Assembly: GCA_964588555.1 (NCBI GenBank)
Contig: CAZPPT010000006.1
Coordinates: 12,092-76,091 of the forward strand
Source: Candidatus Micrarchaeota archaeon
Lineage (GTDB): Archaea > Micrarchaeota > Micrarchaeia > Anstonellales > Bilamarchaeaceae
Direction: 5' to 3'
Length of the DNA: 64,000 nt
The first letter of the stretch is position 1, and every line of letters starts with the position of its first letter. The translations under genes were made by a program, and so were the position numbers. Below are positions 47,219 through 56,943 of the stretch, one piece after another. Below the pieces are notes generated by a model, which did not search any database, had not been told where the DNA came from, and worked only from the letters and a program-made list of their open reading frames with translations.

Positions 47219-48250
47219 TCATTCCCGTATCACAAACTTCAGCAACGCCGCAACCTTTCCCAAGCCCTTTAACCGCGCACCGCCATCGCTTTCGCTTGAG
47301 AATATGATGACGCGTGCCTTGTTTTTCTCAGCCGTTTCGGTCACTTCTTCTGCTTCCTTTGAGGTGCGCAGGTATTCATCAAGCACTAGAAGCGTGTCAA
47401 TTGCATACGCCTCTGCCGCCTTTGTTACCTCAGTAATCCCGTAGGCGGCAAGGCCGCTGTCCTTATTAATTTGGACCATGACCTTTTCAATTAATTCAAG
47501 CTCGCGCGCAATGCGTTCCTCACCAATAATCCGCTCGATTACCCCATTTTTGAAGAGCTCGTTTACTCCTGAACGCTCGGCGTAACTACAACTCTCAAAA
47601 GAAATCCGCTTCAAAAGTACTGGGTTCTTTTTCTGTATGAAATCGCGCAAATTATCTTTGGTAAACCCAGGACCGGCAACAATGTAGCGCTCTTCATTCT
47701 TTTCTATCTCACTTACAACCTTTCCAAAATATTCGCGTGTTCTATCTTCATAGTTTTCATCACGCTTACTTCCAGTAAAGTGAAATTCCGGGCCATATTC
47801 AACACCATAACCACGAACAATTGCGGTGAGTGCCTTTTCGTCATCAAGCACAACGATCCGAACGCGCGGCTTCTTTGTCTCCATCTCAGCCTGTTTTAAG
47901 CGATTCAACTGATATGTTTTCCATTCCTTGGTAATGCTGAGCTTTTGCTTAAGCTCAGCCTCGATCGTATGGTACCTGCCAAGTTGCACAAATTCCTCGG
48001 GGTGGCCCCCAATAATCTTGCCAAGCATCCGGAGCCTATTAAGCGATTTTGAGAATTCGACCTGCTCAAGTGAAATAGAAAGAGTTACGTGCTTTCTTTC
48101 TTCCCGGTCATTAATTTTCACGCTTCGCATGGTGCTTCCGGTAATTTTGTCACCTGGCCCAAGCACTTTCTCAAGGTGCCAGAGGTCTTCAAGGTTCTCA
48201 AGGATGAGGCGCAGCTCGCCTGTTTTTCTGTCGTGACCTAAAATCCGCAT
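47219..48250 (-). CDS. pelA: Pelota (aPelota/Dom34) ribosome rescue factor
   Basis: MRILGHDRKTGELRLILENLEDLWHLEKVL... N-terminus and the eRF1-like domain 2/3 pattern. Confidence 0.85.
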   Translation of the reverse strand: MRILGHDRKTGELRLILENLEDLWHLEKVLGPGDKITGSTMRSVKINDREERKHVTLSISLEQVEFSKSLNRLRMLGKIIGGHPEEFVQLGRYHTIEAELKQKLSITKEWKTYQLNRLKQAEMETKKPRVRIVVLDDEKALTAIVRGYGVEYGPEFHFTGSKRDENYEDRTREYFGKVVSEIEKNEERYIVAGPGFTKDNLRDFIQKKNPVLLKRISFESCSYAERSGVNELFKNGVIERIIGEERIARELELIEKVMVQINKDSGLAAYGITEVTKAAEAYAIDTLLVLDEYLRTSKEAEEVTETAEKNKARVIIFSSESDGGARLKGLGKVAALLKFVIRE

Positions 48251-48601
48251 ACTACATGATTATGGGACACTGCTTTATAATGTTCCCCCGGTCCAACTAT
48301 CGTATGCAGTTGCAACATGTACAATGCCAGGGTAAGGTGAGGCAGACGCGCGTACAGCGTCCGCTGCAAGTGCCTCCATGGGCATATGAGATGCCAGTTG
48401 CCATTATAGATAAGACCGGAAGTGATGGCCGTAAAAAGAAGGAAACCGATCGTCCGGTGCTTGAACTTCCGCTTGAGGAACCTCCCATAAAAAAATCGCC
48501 ACCCCAAAGAAAAGAAGGCGAAACCCCCATCGTCATACCCATGTACGGCCCAGGAGAATCTCGCGAAGAAGGCGAAGGGCCCAAGGAAAGGCACGGGCCC
48601 A

Positions 48602-49207
48602 TTACAATCCAGCTGTAATCTTCTCTAGAAAATATGCATGAAATTTTTTCGTAGAAAGTTCCGGATGAAAGCACGCAGCAAGGTAATATCCCCCATTTTT
48701 TTCCTGCTCGCATGCAAGGATCTCACCATTATCTTGCGCAAGTACCCGCACGTTTGAATTTATCTTAGTTATTTTTGGCGCGCGGATAAACACTGCGTGA
48801 ATTGCGCCAAGTTTCGTTTTAATGTCCTTTTCAAATGATTCCGACTGCCTCCCGTACGCATTACGGTCAACCTCAATATCCATAAGCTCAAGCGTCCGTT
48901 GGCTTGCCTCTTTATTATATATCTTTTGTGCAAGCATGACCGTGCCTGCACATGTTCCAAATAAGTACTTAATACGCTTTAGTTCCTCGAATATCCCTTC
49001 GCGCTCACATAATTTCCCAAGCACGGTGCTTTCGCCGCCCGGGATGATGAGCGCGTTGATGCGTTCGAGTTCGCCTTTAGTCCGTACCTCTATAACGTTT
49101 ACATCCCGCCCGATTTCTTGCGCTGCCTTTTTTATCGCATTTACGTGTTCAGAAACATCGCCCTGGAGCGCAAGTACCCCAACCTTTATGGAATGCATAT
49201 AGTACAA
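48602..49207 (-). CDS. pdxT: Pyridoxal 5'-phosphate synthase glutaminase subunit
   Basis: IKVGVLALQGDVSEHV...IIPGGESTV...catalytic Cys in GTCAG...HPE. Confidence 0.85.
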   Translation of the reverse strand: MYYMHSIKVGVLALQGDVSEHVNAIKKAAQEIGRDVNVIEVRTKGELERINALIIPGGESTVLGKLCEREGIFEELKRIKYLFGTCAGTVMLAQKIYNKEASQRTLELMDIEVDRNAYGRQSESFEKDIKTKLGAIHAVFIRAPKITKINSNVRVLAQDNGEILACEQEKNGGYYLAACFHPELSTKKFHAYFLEKITAGL

Positions 49208-49318
49208 TTACCGGCAATTTTTAAGAATGGATGTCGATTTTTGCTCGGTTTAGCCCGAACAAAAGGTATTTAAACTTTATTTTCATTCTCTTTGCCAGCA
49301 TTTATTTGAGGTGCATAT

Positions 49319-51322
49319 ATGAATTATAGGATTGTATTGATCGTGGCTCTTCTTTTTGCCTTTGCGGGCATAAGTTTTGCCGGTGAGTTTACGAACTCCA
49401 CGAATAGGTATGTAAATATCACCTGTAAGGGTGAAGGAACCGCCTATGCATATAACCTTAGTGGCATTGACCCATCCGCTGTTTCGGGCAACGGGACAAG
49501 CTACTTCGTGCTTGCGGGTAACGCAACACGCGGTGAAGCGGTGAACCAGACCAACACGGGCGCATGCGTTGATATTTCAGCAAGCAACGTTGTGCTTGAC
49601 CTTAACGGGACGACGATCGTTCTTTCCGGCCAGGTATCCGGTGCGCCAATTATTGGTATAAATATAACCAACGGGACGTCAAACGTTACTATCGTAAACG
49701 GCATCATTAACGTGAGTACGACCGGGGTGACAGAAGCGACTGCAAATTACGTCGGCATTCTGATTAACGGCTCAACAAACATTACGATACGAAACGTAAC
49801 TATAAACCCGATGTCCTCAGTGGATGTGCCGGTGACCACGAGCGTGGGTATAAACATAACCACGAGCACAGCGACAACTTCAGGAACCGGTGGCGGATTA
49901 AGCGCATATGGTACGGTCAACCTTACAAGACTTAACATTTCGAACGCCACCACTGCAGGTATCGTTATAGAGAATTACAGCAATGTTGACATCACCGACG
50001 CCTGGTTTGCATCAGGCATTGGTACGTGGCTTAGTACTGCGCCACTTATCATGGCGTCCTGGCAAAACGCTACTGCAGAAACAAACGTTGCAACTGCCAT
50101 GTTCAACATGAGTACGAACGTGACGCTTGATTTCTACGGAAACCTCAGTGCATACTTGCAGACCTCGCGTCCAATCAGCACCGGACCAAGCGGCACTGCA
50201 GTCGGTTCAAGCAGGTCGTACCTGACAATTGACAAGATGGTTAACCTGACTGGGTCTACTGGCGTAACGGTTGCAAACGTAACGCTGTGGTTTAGTTCAA
50301 GCGACATCAGCCCCTATAGCAGCGGGGATATCACCATACACAAAACAAGCGACAGCGTGTCATGGGACGGCCCGCATGCAAGCACCCTTGACTTGATCGG
50401 CAGCGGTTCAATTACTGCGACAAACGCAAACACATTCGGTGCGTTTGCTCTGTTTGGGTACACTGTCCCAGGCCAGTCGAGCGGTTCAACAAACACGCCA
50501 AGCTCATCAAAGAGCTACGTTGCAACGCCTGATGTCGAGTACTCCTGTACTGACAACAGCCTGAAGGTAAAAACAACAAGTTCAGTACAAGGGGCAACAG
50601 TGACCATGCTGTATTATTGCAGTCCTGGATGCGGTTCATGTAATGCGCCAAACCAGGGTTCATATGCCGCAACTGTTGATTCCGACGGCGTCGCAACCTT
50701 TGATTACAAGGGTCAGGGCGAATATCAGTTTGATATAAGTGGCCTAAGTTCAGACAGCGACTATCGTTCAACCGTTTGGTATGATGCGAGCTGGTCCTGC
50801 TACAAGCCAGACGAGGCATGTCAGGTAAGCGAGCCTGAACCTGAGCCGGCCGTAGCCGAGGAACCGGTTGCTTCAGAGGAGTTGCCACCAGTACCACCAG
50901 AAAACCAGGAAGAAGTAGTACAGCCGCATGAAGAAGTGCCTGCTTCGGAACCTTCTTCTGATGCAGAAATGCAAACGGCATTAAAGGCAATATCTGACGC
51001 AGACGGAGCAATTAAGGCTGCACAAAACGAGAATAAGGACGTAGGTGCGGCACGAAAGAAGCTTGAAGATGCAAGCGCTGCACTTAACAGCAAGGACTAC
51101 GCACAGGCGTCACGCCTTGCAAATGAGGCAGTGTCCCTTGCAAAATCAGCAAAGGTTGCTGCGGCACAAGCGGCAGAGCCTGAGGCAATGGAGGAAAAAC
51201 CGCCAGCCGAAGCGCCACAACAGGGCGGTCTTGACGGCGGCCTTATTGTCGGAGTCATCGTGCTCCTCTTAATCGTTGGGGCAGGGTACTTCTGGATGTC
51301 AGGCAAAAAGAAGGGGAAATAA
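49319..51322 (+). CDS. Cell-surface glycoprotein candidate (S-layer/adhesin-like) with parallel beta-helix-type repeats and C-terminal TM anchor
   Basis: Signal peptide, then more than 35 N-x-S/T sequons in repeated NGT/NVT/NIT segments. Acidic PEPEP linker. Coiled segment. C-terminal TM LIVGVIVLLLIVGAGYFW plus KKKGK. Confidence 0.55.
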   Translation: MNYRIVLIVALLFAFAGISFAGEFTNSTNRYVNITCKGEGTAYAYNLSGIDPSAVSGNGTSYFVLAGNATRGEAVNQTNTGACVDISASNVVLDLNGTTIVLSGQVSGAPIIGINITNGTSNVTIVNGIINVSTTGVTEATANYVGILINGSTNITIRNVTINPMSSVDVPVTTSVGINITTSTATTSGTGGGLSAYGTVNLTRLNISNATTAGIVIENYSNVDITDAWFASGIGTWLSTAPLIMASWQNATAETNVATAMFNMSTNVTLDFYGNLSAYLQTSRPISTGPSGTAVGSSRSYLTIDKMVNLTGSTGVTVANVTLWFSSSDISPYSSGDITIHKTSDSVSWDGPHASTLDLIGSGSITATNANTFGAFALFGYTVPGQSSGSTNTPSSSKSYVATPDVEYSCTDNSLKVKTTSSVQGATVTMLYYCSPGCGSCNAPNQGSYAATVDSDGVATFDYKGQGEYQFDISGLSSDSDYRSTVWYDASWSCYKPDEACQVSEPEPEPAVAEEPVASEELPPVPPENQEEVVQPHEEVPASEPSSDAEMQTALKAISDADGAIKAAQNENKDVGAARKKLEDASAALNSKDYAQASRLANEAVSLAKSAKVAAAQAAEPEAMEEKPPAEAPQQGGLDGGLIVGVIVLLLIVGAGYFWMSGKKKGK

Positions 51323-51362
51323 CTTTCCCTCTTTTTCTTCTTTTTATTTTTTCTTTTTAGGT
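51323..51362 (+). terminator. Oligo-T archaeal terminator region
   Basis: CTTTCCCTCTTTTTCTTCTTTTTATTTTTTCTTTTT directly after the stop. Confidence 0.4.
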
Positions 51363-51416
51363 TTTTAGCATATGTGTAGCACATCGCCTTTAAAAACTTC
51401 TATAAATTATTTATAT

Positions 51417-52058
51417 ATGCGGGCAGCAGTTTTGTGGAGTGGGGGCAAGGACTCATATCTTGCCTTATGGTATGGTAAGAAAGAATACAATGTCTTACTT
51501 CTTGTAACCTTTGTGCCCAAAAACCCTTCGTTTAAGGCACACCCGTTGAAACTATTGGAACTGCAGGCAGCCTCGCTTCGGATCCCGCTTATTCAATTGC
51601 AAATAGATGAACCATTTCAAAGCGGGTATGTCCAGGCAATAAAAAAATTGAAGGCGGATTTTGATATCGATGTGCTGATTACCGGGGATATAGCCCCTGT
51701 CGATCAGATGGTAAATTGGATAGATGAATGTGCAAGGGAAGCGTCGGTTTACGTGTATAAACCATTGTGGCAGAAAGATAGGTCTATTCTTTTGGACACG
51801 CTTATCGGACTTAATGCCACCGTAATTTTTTCCATGGTAAGGGTACCCTACTTTGATGCGCAATGGGTAGGAAGGCGCATTACGAAGGAACTTGTTACCG
51901 AATTGGAAGCGATACGAAAACAAAATGGGCTTGACCTCTGCGGAGAAAACGGCGAATACCACACGCTTGTTTTAAACGGCCCCCATTTTGCGTATCCGCT
52001 TGAACTCCGGAATATGGCGCATAGGACTGAAGGCGTTATGCATTATTTAATCGTATGA
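51417..52058 (+). CDS. PP-loop ATPase of the diphthine--ammonia ligase (Dph6/MJ0570-like) family
   Basis: MRAAVLWSGGKDS PP-loop (SGGxDS) at the N-terminus. The ORF extends to 51372. The start is taken at MRAAV. Confidence 0.55.
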   Translation: MRAAVLWSGGKDSYLALWYGKKEYNVLLLVTFVPKNPSFKAHPLKLLELQAASLRIPLIQLQIDEPFQSGYVQAIKKLKADFDIDVLITGDIAPVDQMVNWIDECAREASVYVYKPLWQKDRSILLDTLIGLNATVIFSMVRVPYFDAQWVGRRITKELVTELEAIRKQNGLDLCGENGEYHTLVLNGPHFAYPLELRNMAHRTEGVMHYLIV

Positions 52059-52138
52059 TGTTTTCCTTCAATAAATTTTACTGCCTGTCTATTTACCTTA
52101 ATTGTGTATTTTTAAACACTTTTGTTTATATTAAGCTT

Positions 52139-52885
52139 ATGGCACGTCAGAACCTGATTAAGCGGGGCGTATACCTGGCAAGAAATGGAATATCTGCCAC
52201 TCGTATTTCTCAGCGTGAATTAGACACTTTTAAGGAAGCATTGGGGGGAACCCCCACAATTGACTTACTCGGCTTAGCAAAGGAATCTAACGCAGCTGGT
52301 ACTCTTGGCGTGGTTTTGTGTAATGGGATTACAACCAACTGTTCCATTACTGTATTTACTGTAGTGGACCTGGGTATGGCGCAACCGGGAAGGGCTGAAG
52401 AAGGACGACGGCATGGAATTGGGATTTTTTTCCTAACGGACATATTTTGGGGATCCAGGAGTCCGTTTATTGGAAGTGCGATCGTGAACGCATTTCGCTC
52501 AAAAGAACATTATATCGATACAGAACTTGTGTATGTGGCGCATATACGGTTTCAGCCAGACCTAAGAAACCTAGTTGGCGAAGTAAACGGGTTTTATAGG
52601 GCACTTAAGGAAGTGCGGAACACGCTTCGGTCAAACGGACATGCTTCCCTGATGGAAAGATTAATTAATTTGGATAGGGCAGAAAAGGCGATGCAGGGCA
52701 TACGGCTACAAGATGAGGGATATCGTGATCTAGAAAAAATAGGGATTTATGGCCTTAAAGTTGCCGTTCTTCATGCAAATCTTGAAATCGACCGTGTTCG
52801 CACTGAAGTGTTGGGATCTGTGGGGGCTATTGGAAACATAAAAGATGCAATAGCTATTGTCGACGATAGGGAGATATGCGGCTAA
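52139..52885 (+). CDS. Hypothetical protein
   Basis: The ORF extends to 52055 with a hydrophobic junk N-terminus. The start is taken at MARQNL. Confidence 0.35.
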   Translation: MARQNLIKRGVYLARNGISATRISQRELDTFKEALGGTPTIDLLGLAKESNAAGTLGVVLCNGITTNCSITVFTVVDLGMAQPGRAEEGRRHGIGIFFLTDIFWGSRSPFIGSAIVNAFRSKEHYIDTELVYVAHIRFQPDLRNLVGEVNGFYRALKEVRNTLRSNGHASLMERLINLDRAEKAMQGIRLQDEGYRDLEKIGIYGLKVAVLHANLEIDRVRTEVLGSVGAIGNIKDAIAIVDDREICG

Positions 52886-53310
52886 TGGAGGATATTTTCC
52901 TCAACAAACGTCACGAATTCCTCATAAAACGGGATAAACTCGCTTACCAGTATTTCGTATGCGGAATCGGTCTCTGCCTCGCCGTAGTTATATAATATGC
53001 GGTTTTTGAACCCGTATAACTCAATCAATTGCGTTGCAAGTGCCGGTGGGAATGCGCCTTTTTGTTCAAGCGCCCGCACCATGGTCGAAAAATCCGCAAT
53101 CGATGTCGAAGTTATCTCGTGTGTTTTGCACAGGAGCGCGACGATGTCCGTCGATGCGTCCGCGATCTTTTCGCAGAGCCGTTCAGCGGCATTGCGGTAG
53201 ATGTGGTTTTTGCGGTACGCATCCGCATCATCGGGCAGGGATTCATGCAGCTGTACGAGGTAATCCAATATGAGATTGCATCTCTTTTCTATCTTTTCCT
53301 TGATTTCCAT
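52882..53310 (-). CDS. HEPN-domain protein (HepT-like toxin)
   Basis: All-helical 142-aa protein with an R(x)4-6H-like region (YRNAAER...). Overlaps the downstream MNT gene by 22 nt. Confidence 0.6.
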   Translation of the reverse strand: MEIKEKIEKRCNLILDYLVQLHESLPDDADAYRKNHIYRNAAERLCEKIADASTDIVALLCKTHEITSTSIADFSTMVRALEQKGAFPPALATQLIELYGFKNRILYNYGEAETDSAYEILVSEFIPFYEEFVTFVEENILH

Positions 53311-53675
53311 TGTTCAATCCTCTCCCGTAACGTCTTTTGTGCGGTTTTATGGTGCGGCATAAAACGTCCGCATGCCTTTTGCCAGAACAGAAAATATTCA
53401 AGAAGGGCGGCATGATCCTTTACATAGTGCGCATGGTTTTTACGGATCACCTCGTATTTGATGACCTCCGGGAGATCCTCAAAGAATTTCACGTCAATGC
53501 CGTCGTTTCGTGCAATCGTTCTCAAGACTTGTTCCTTGGCCTTTACGTCAATGCCTGGCGCAACGATACAGATGTCCGTATCTGAATACGCGTGGCTTGT
53601 TTTGTCAAGTGAGGAACCGTATTGGAGCACCGCAAGTATCTTGTCCTTGTACTGGTCAATCCCGCGTAAATCCAT
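53289..53675 (-). CDS. Minimal nucleotidyltransferase (MntA-like antitoxin)
   Basis: LQYGSSLDKTSHAYSDTDICIV is the G[SG]x9-13Dx[DE] NTase motif. The ORF-track N-terminal extension to 54032 is rejected. Confidence 0.6.
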   Translation of the reverse strand: MDLRGIDQYKDKILAVLQYGSSLDKTSHAYSDTDICIVAPGIDVKAKEQVLRTIARNDGIDVKFFEDLPEVIKYEVIRKNHAHYVKDHAALLEYFLFWQKACGRFMPHHKTAQKTLRERIEQWKSRKR

Positions 53676-53694
53676 GAAATAATAGAAAATAGAA

Positions 53695-55050
53695 ATGTTT
53701 AATAAACTCCCCGGCGTTTTGATACCTATGCGCGTAATGGTAGTAGGCGATGATGCAGTAGCGCACGCATGCTTGGAACAGCTTGCAACCCATGCCGACG
53801 TCTCTGCGATAATGGAGCACCGTAATCCGGGTATTGCCAACCTGACACGGCGCGCGTTCATATCCGATTTTTCAAATGTGGAAATGGTGGGTGCATGGGC
53901 GCTTAAGGAAGAAAGCGACCTCGTATTTATCACAAGCGAACATGCAATACATTCCGGCCTTGCGGACGTACTTCTTGAAGGGGGGCTCTCCGTCGTTGCG
54001 CCGACATTGAGCGCGGCAATTATTGGGAACAACCGCCCCTATGCGCGTAACCTTATGCATACACATGGCCTTTATCCGCACTATTATGTGTGCAAGTCAA
54101 TAAAGGAAGTAAAAAATGCAATGCGCGAATTTGGCTACTGTGTTCTTAAGTCAATCATTCGGACCGATTGGAGAGGGACCAAGTTTGAGGATCAGCGTGC
54201 AAAAGATGCGCTTGTTGAACGCGATGCACGTGCATTGTTAAAACAGCACGGCTCAGTCATTATCGAGGAATATGTGGATGGTGAAGAGTTTACCCTCACT
54301 GCGGTTACTGACGGCAGGAGAGTTGCGATGCTTGCACCAGTACAGGTCGCAAAACACGCCCAAGAAGGCGATGTTGGCGCCAATACGGAAGGTATGGCAA
54401 GCTATTCAACTGGGAAAACCCTCCCCTTCCTTTCAGAACGCGAGCTTTTCAGGGCAAAATCCTGTCTTGAAAAGGCAATCACCGCATTACATAAGACGGG
54501 TGCGCCCTACCAAGGCATCATCCAGGGCAGGTTTATGATAAGCGCAAAGGCGCTTAAGCTTCTTGACCTTCGGGCAACGTTCGGCAATCCTGACGGCATC
54601 AATTGCATGCGCCTTCTCAAAAGTGATTTTGCAGTTATCCTCAAAAGCATTGCGGATGGCGCACTTATTGAACCTGCGATGCATGACCGTGCAAGCGTCG
54701 TTAAATACGCTGTCCCGCTTTGGTACCCTGAAATGGGAAAACGGCGCAAAAGGCAAGAACTCTTCATCCATCAGCGCCTTCCAGGTCCCGCAAGGTATTA
54801 TTTTGAGGACGTCGAAACAAAAGGCGAAAAACTTTTCCTTACTTCCAACCGTGCTGTTGCGGTATGTGCAACTGCGGATACGCTTGAAGCTGCAAACGGT
54901 TCTGCTGAAATTGCCCTTGGCGGTATTATGGGGCCGGTAAGGTGGCGCACCGATGTTGGGACACAGCAATATGCGGACATGCATACAAAGCGTACAGAGG
55001 CGCTGCGAAGCTCATTTCGTTATATGCAGCCCAAAATACGTTCTACGTGA
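53695..55050 (+). CDS. purD: Phosphoribosylamine--glycine ligase
   Basis: MRVMVVGDDAVAHA N-terminus and ATP-grasp central domain (EEYVDGEEFTL). Confidence 0.75.
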   Translation: MFNKLPGVLIPMRVMVVGDDAVAHACLEQLATHADVSAIMEHRNPGIANLTRRAFISDFSNVEMVGAWALKEESDLVFITSEHAIHSGLADVLLEGGLSVVAPTLSAAIIGNNRPYARNLMHTHGLYPHYYVCKSIKEVKNAMREFGYCVLKSIIRTDWRGTKFEDQRAKDALVERDARALLKQHGSVIIEEYVDGEEFTLTAVTDGRRVAMLAPVQVAKHAQEGDVGANTEGMASYSTGKTLPFLSERELFRAKSCLEKAITALHKTGAPYQGIIQGRFMISAKALKLLDLRATFGNPDGINCMRLLKSDFAVILKSIADGALIEPAMHDRASVVKYAVPLWYPEMGKRRKRQELFIHQRLPGPARYYFEDVETKGEKLFLTSNRAVAVCATADTLEAANGSAEIALGGIMGPVRWRTDVGTQQYADMHTKRTEALRSSFRYMQPKIRST

Positions 55051-55672
55051 TCTCTATACGGACTGCGTCTCCTTCTTTTTTACCAAGTTTCTTTCTTAGT
55101 GAAACTGGTGCTATGATCTCAAGTATGTCCATTCCATGGTGGGTTCGCTCAGGTATGATGACTGCCCCCCTAACGGAATCAACGGTACATGGGTATGCAA
55201 AAACTGCGCCAAATGTGCGGTTCTTTTCTTTCCATCCGTCAATGACAATTGAGGTTGATGCGGCAAGGCGTTTTCGCATATCAATACTTGGTGCATCGAG
55301 CCTCACGTTAAGCGTGCCTAAGAACGGGTCAAACCCAAGCTTTTCATTGAACTGGCTTTTGAACCCTTCGAGCGCGACATAATATTTGCCTTCGCCAAGC
55401 CCGTCTATGATCTTGCCCGTAAGGCGAAGCGTGCTTCCGGAAAGGCAGTGCTCAATTGCCTGTGCAAGTTCCTTAAGTTCATTAATTCCCTGCGGGGTGA
55501 GGAGAACGGTGTTTTTTTCCCGTTTTATCTTGCCTTCGTTTTCCAGGATGATAAGCAGGCGCGACGCGTTCTGCTGTGACATCGAGAGCGCTTCCCCCAT
55601 CTCCCGCGTTGATATTGTGACGGGTCCCGTGTGCGCCCCTTTTTTAAGAAGAAATAAAAGAATCGTGTTCAT
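55043..55672 (-). CDS. ribK: CTP-dependent riboflavin kinase with N-terminal winged-helix domain (RbkR-like)
   Basis: N-terminal HTH (TREMGEALSMSQQNASRLLIILENEGKI). C-terminal MJ0056-type domain (GTLNVRLD...PERTHHG.DILEIIAP). Confidence 0.7.
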   Translation of the reverse strand: MNTILLFLLKKGAHTGPVTISTREMGEALSMSQQNASRLLIILENEGKIKREKNTVLLTPQGINELKELAQAIEHCLSGSTLRLTGKIIDGLGEGKYYVALEGFKSQFNEKLGFDPFLGTLNVRLDAPSIDMRKRLAASTSIVIDGWKEKNRTFGAVFAYPCTVDSVRGAVIIPERTHHGMDILEIIAPVSLRKKLGKKEGDAVRIEIT

Positions 55673-55678
55673 GGCATC

Positions 55679-56278
55679 CTAGTCGAAGGTGATTACGATC
55701 TGGTCTCCATCGCGCATGAAATATCTGTCAAAATCCGCGTTTGGCATTCCATTTACGGTCATTTTCACGGTACCATCCGGACCGTTGCACTTGTCAAGTA
55801 TGCATGTGCTGTTGAATTGTTTCCCCCATATCTTAAAAAAATAGCCAAGCGTAAGGACCGACGGTTTTGCCTTTGGCGAGGATTCAAGGTGGAGCTTCGT
55901 GCCATCTTCGTTATACTCCCCGCCATCGCCTGTTTCAACATGGGTGTGTATTGGTGAGATGCCCATCGCACCGGTGAGGTGGCGATCCAGTATGTTTCCG
56001 GAGCTGATGCCAAGGTCGTTGGGGATGGGTTCTTCCTCGCCATTAATAAGTATCTTCAATCGCGTATGCCAATGTATTGCGCCTTGAGGCACTACGTACC
56101 CCGGAGGGGGTTGTGGGGCATTCGGGTCTTCAGCCGTGCCGCCAGGTACGCTAAGAAAGTAAAAAATGCCGATGATGAGGACTGCGAGTCCCCCATATAC
56201 AATAAGGTTACGGTTATGCATACCATGTGTAGGCTCGTTTTTATTTAAAAATGTAATCCCCATTGTCTTAACATGCAT
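55679..56278 (-). CDS. Membrane-anchored His-rich extracytoplasmic protein, paralogue B
   Basis: Single TM then IHWHTRLKILINGEEEPIP...IHTHVETGDGGEYNEDGTKLHLES...FFKIWG. Same core as 7778-8590. Confidence 0.5.
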   Translation of the reverse strand: MHVKTMGITFLNKNEPTHGMHNRNLIVYGGLAVLIIGIFYFLSVPGGTAEDPNAPQPPPGYVVPQGAIHWHTRLKILINGEEEPIPNDLGISSGNILDRHLTGAMGISPIHTHVETGDGGEYNEDGTKLHLESSPKAKPSVLTLGYFFKIWGKQFNSTCILDKCNGPDGTVKMTVNGMPNADFDRYFMRDGDQIVITFD

Positions 56279-56887
56279 TCGTTTAAGTATGACCGCCTCT
56301 CAATCGCCGTATTTGACGAAGTCTATGAACCGGCTGAGGACAGCTTTCTTTTGGCAAATGCAGCAAAACGAATCCGGGGGGATGTGCTTGAGCTTGGGTG
56401 CGGCACAGGCATCGTTTCACTTACTGCTGCGCGTGCACATAAAAATAACCGCGTTATCGCAATCGACATACATAATGAAGCGGTCAAAAATACCGCGTAC
56501 AATGCGCGAATTAATAAACTAAATAACCTAACAAGCGCAAAAAGCGACCTCTTCTCATCAAGGCTCATCCGTGGCAAACGCTTTGATTACATCCTGTTTA
56601 ACCCGCCATACTTGCCAACGGTCCCTGATGAACGCCTTACGGGTGCCATTAACCACGCCTATGACGGCGGCCCCGACGGGAGGCGCGTACTTGACCGTTT
56701 CCTTGCACGTTTCGCACAATATCTTAAAAAGAACGGCACCGTGCTTTTGGTGCATTCTTCGCTTCAGGGTATTGATAAAACCAGCCACATTCTCAAATCC
56801 CAAGGTTTTCGCATGCGCATGCGAAAGCGTATTTCATTCTTTTTTGAGGAGTTATATCTGCTATCCATCGTCGAAAGCAGGCAGTAA
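56273..56887 (+). CDS. HemK/Mtq2-family protein N5-glutamine methyltransferase
   Basis: VLELGCGTGIVSL (motif I) and NPPY catalytic motif. Confidence 0.7.
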   Translation: MHSFKYDRLSIAVFDEVYEPAEDSFLLANAAKRIRGDVLELGCGTGIVSLTAARAHKNNRVIAIDIHNEAVKNTAYNARINKLNNLTSAKSDLFSSRLIRGKRFDYILFNPPYLPTVPDERLTGAINHAYDGGPDGRRVLDRFLARFAQYLKKNGTVLLVHSSLQGIDKTSHILKSQGFRMRMRKRISFFFEELYLLSIVESRQ

Positions 56888-56943
56888 GGTTTTTAAACGT
56901 TCTCTTTGAAATACCCTCACGTGCCTCGGCACGAAAATGGAGG

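Noticed and set aside
48238-48618. Two overlapping ORFs in the pelota/pdxT intergenic region (48238-48594 minus, 48256-48618 plus)
   Set aside because: Both are low-complexity and fall in a 350-nt spacer. No support for either, so they were not reported as features.
53676-54032. N-terminal 119-aa extension of the MNT ORF (ORF track 53289-54032)
   Set aside because: The extension is Ser/Thr/Ala-rich junk antisense to purD. The nucleotidyltransferase domain begins at the internal Met MDLRG (53675).
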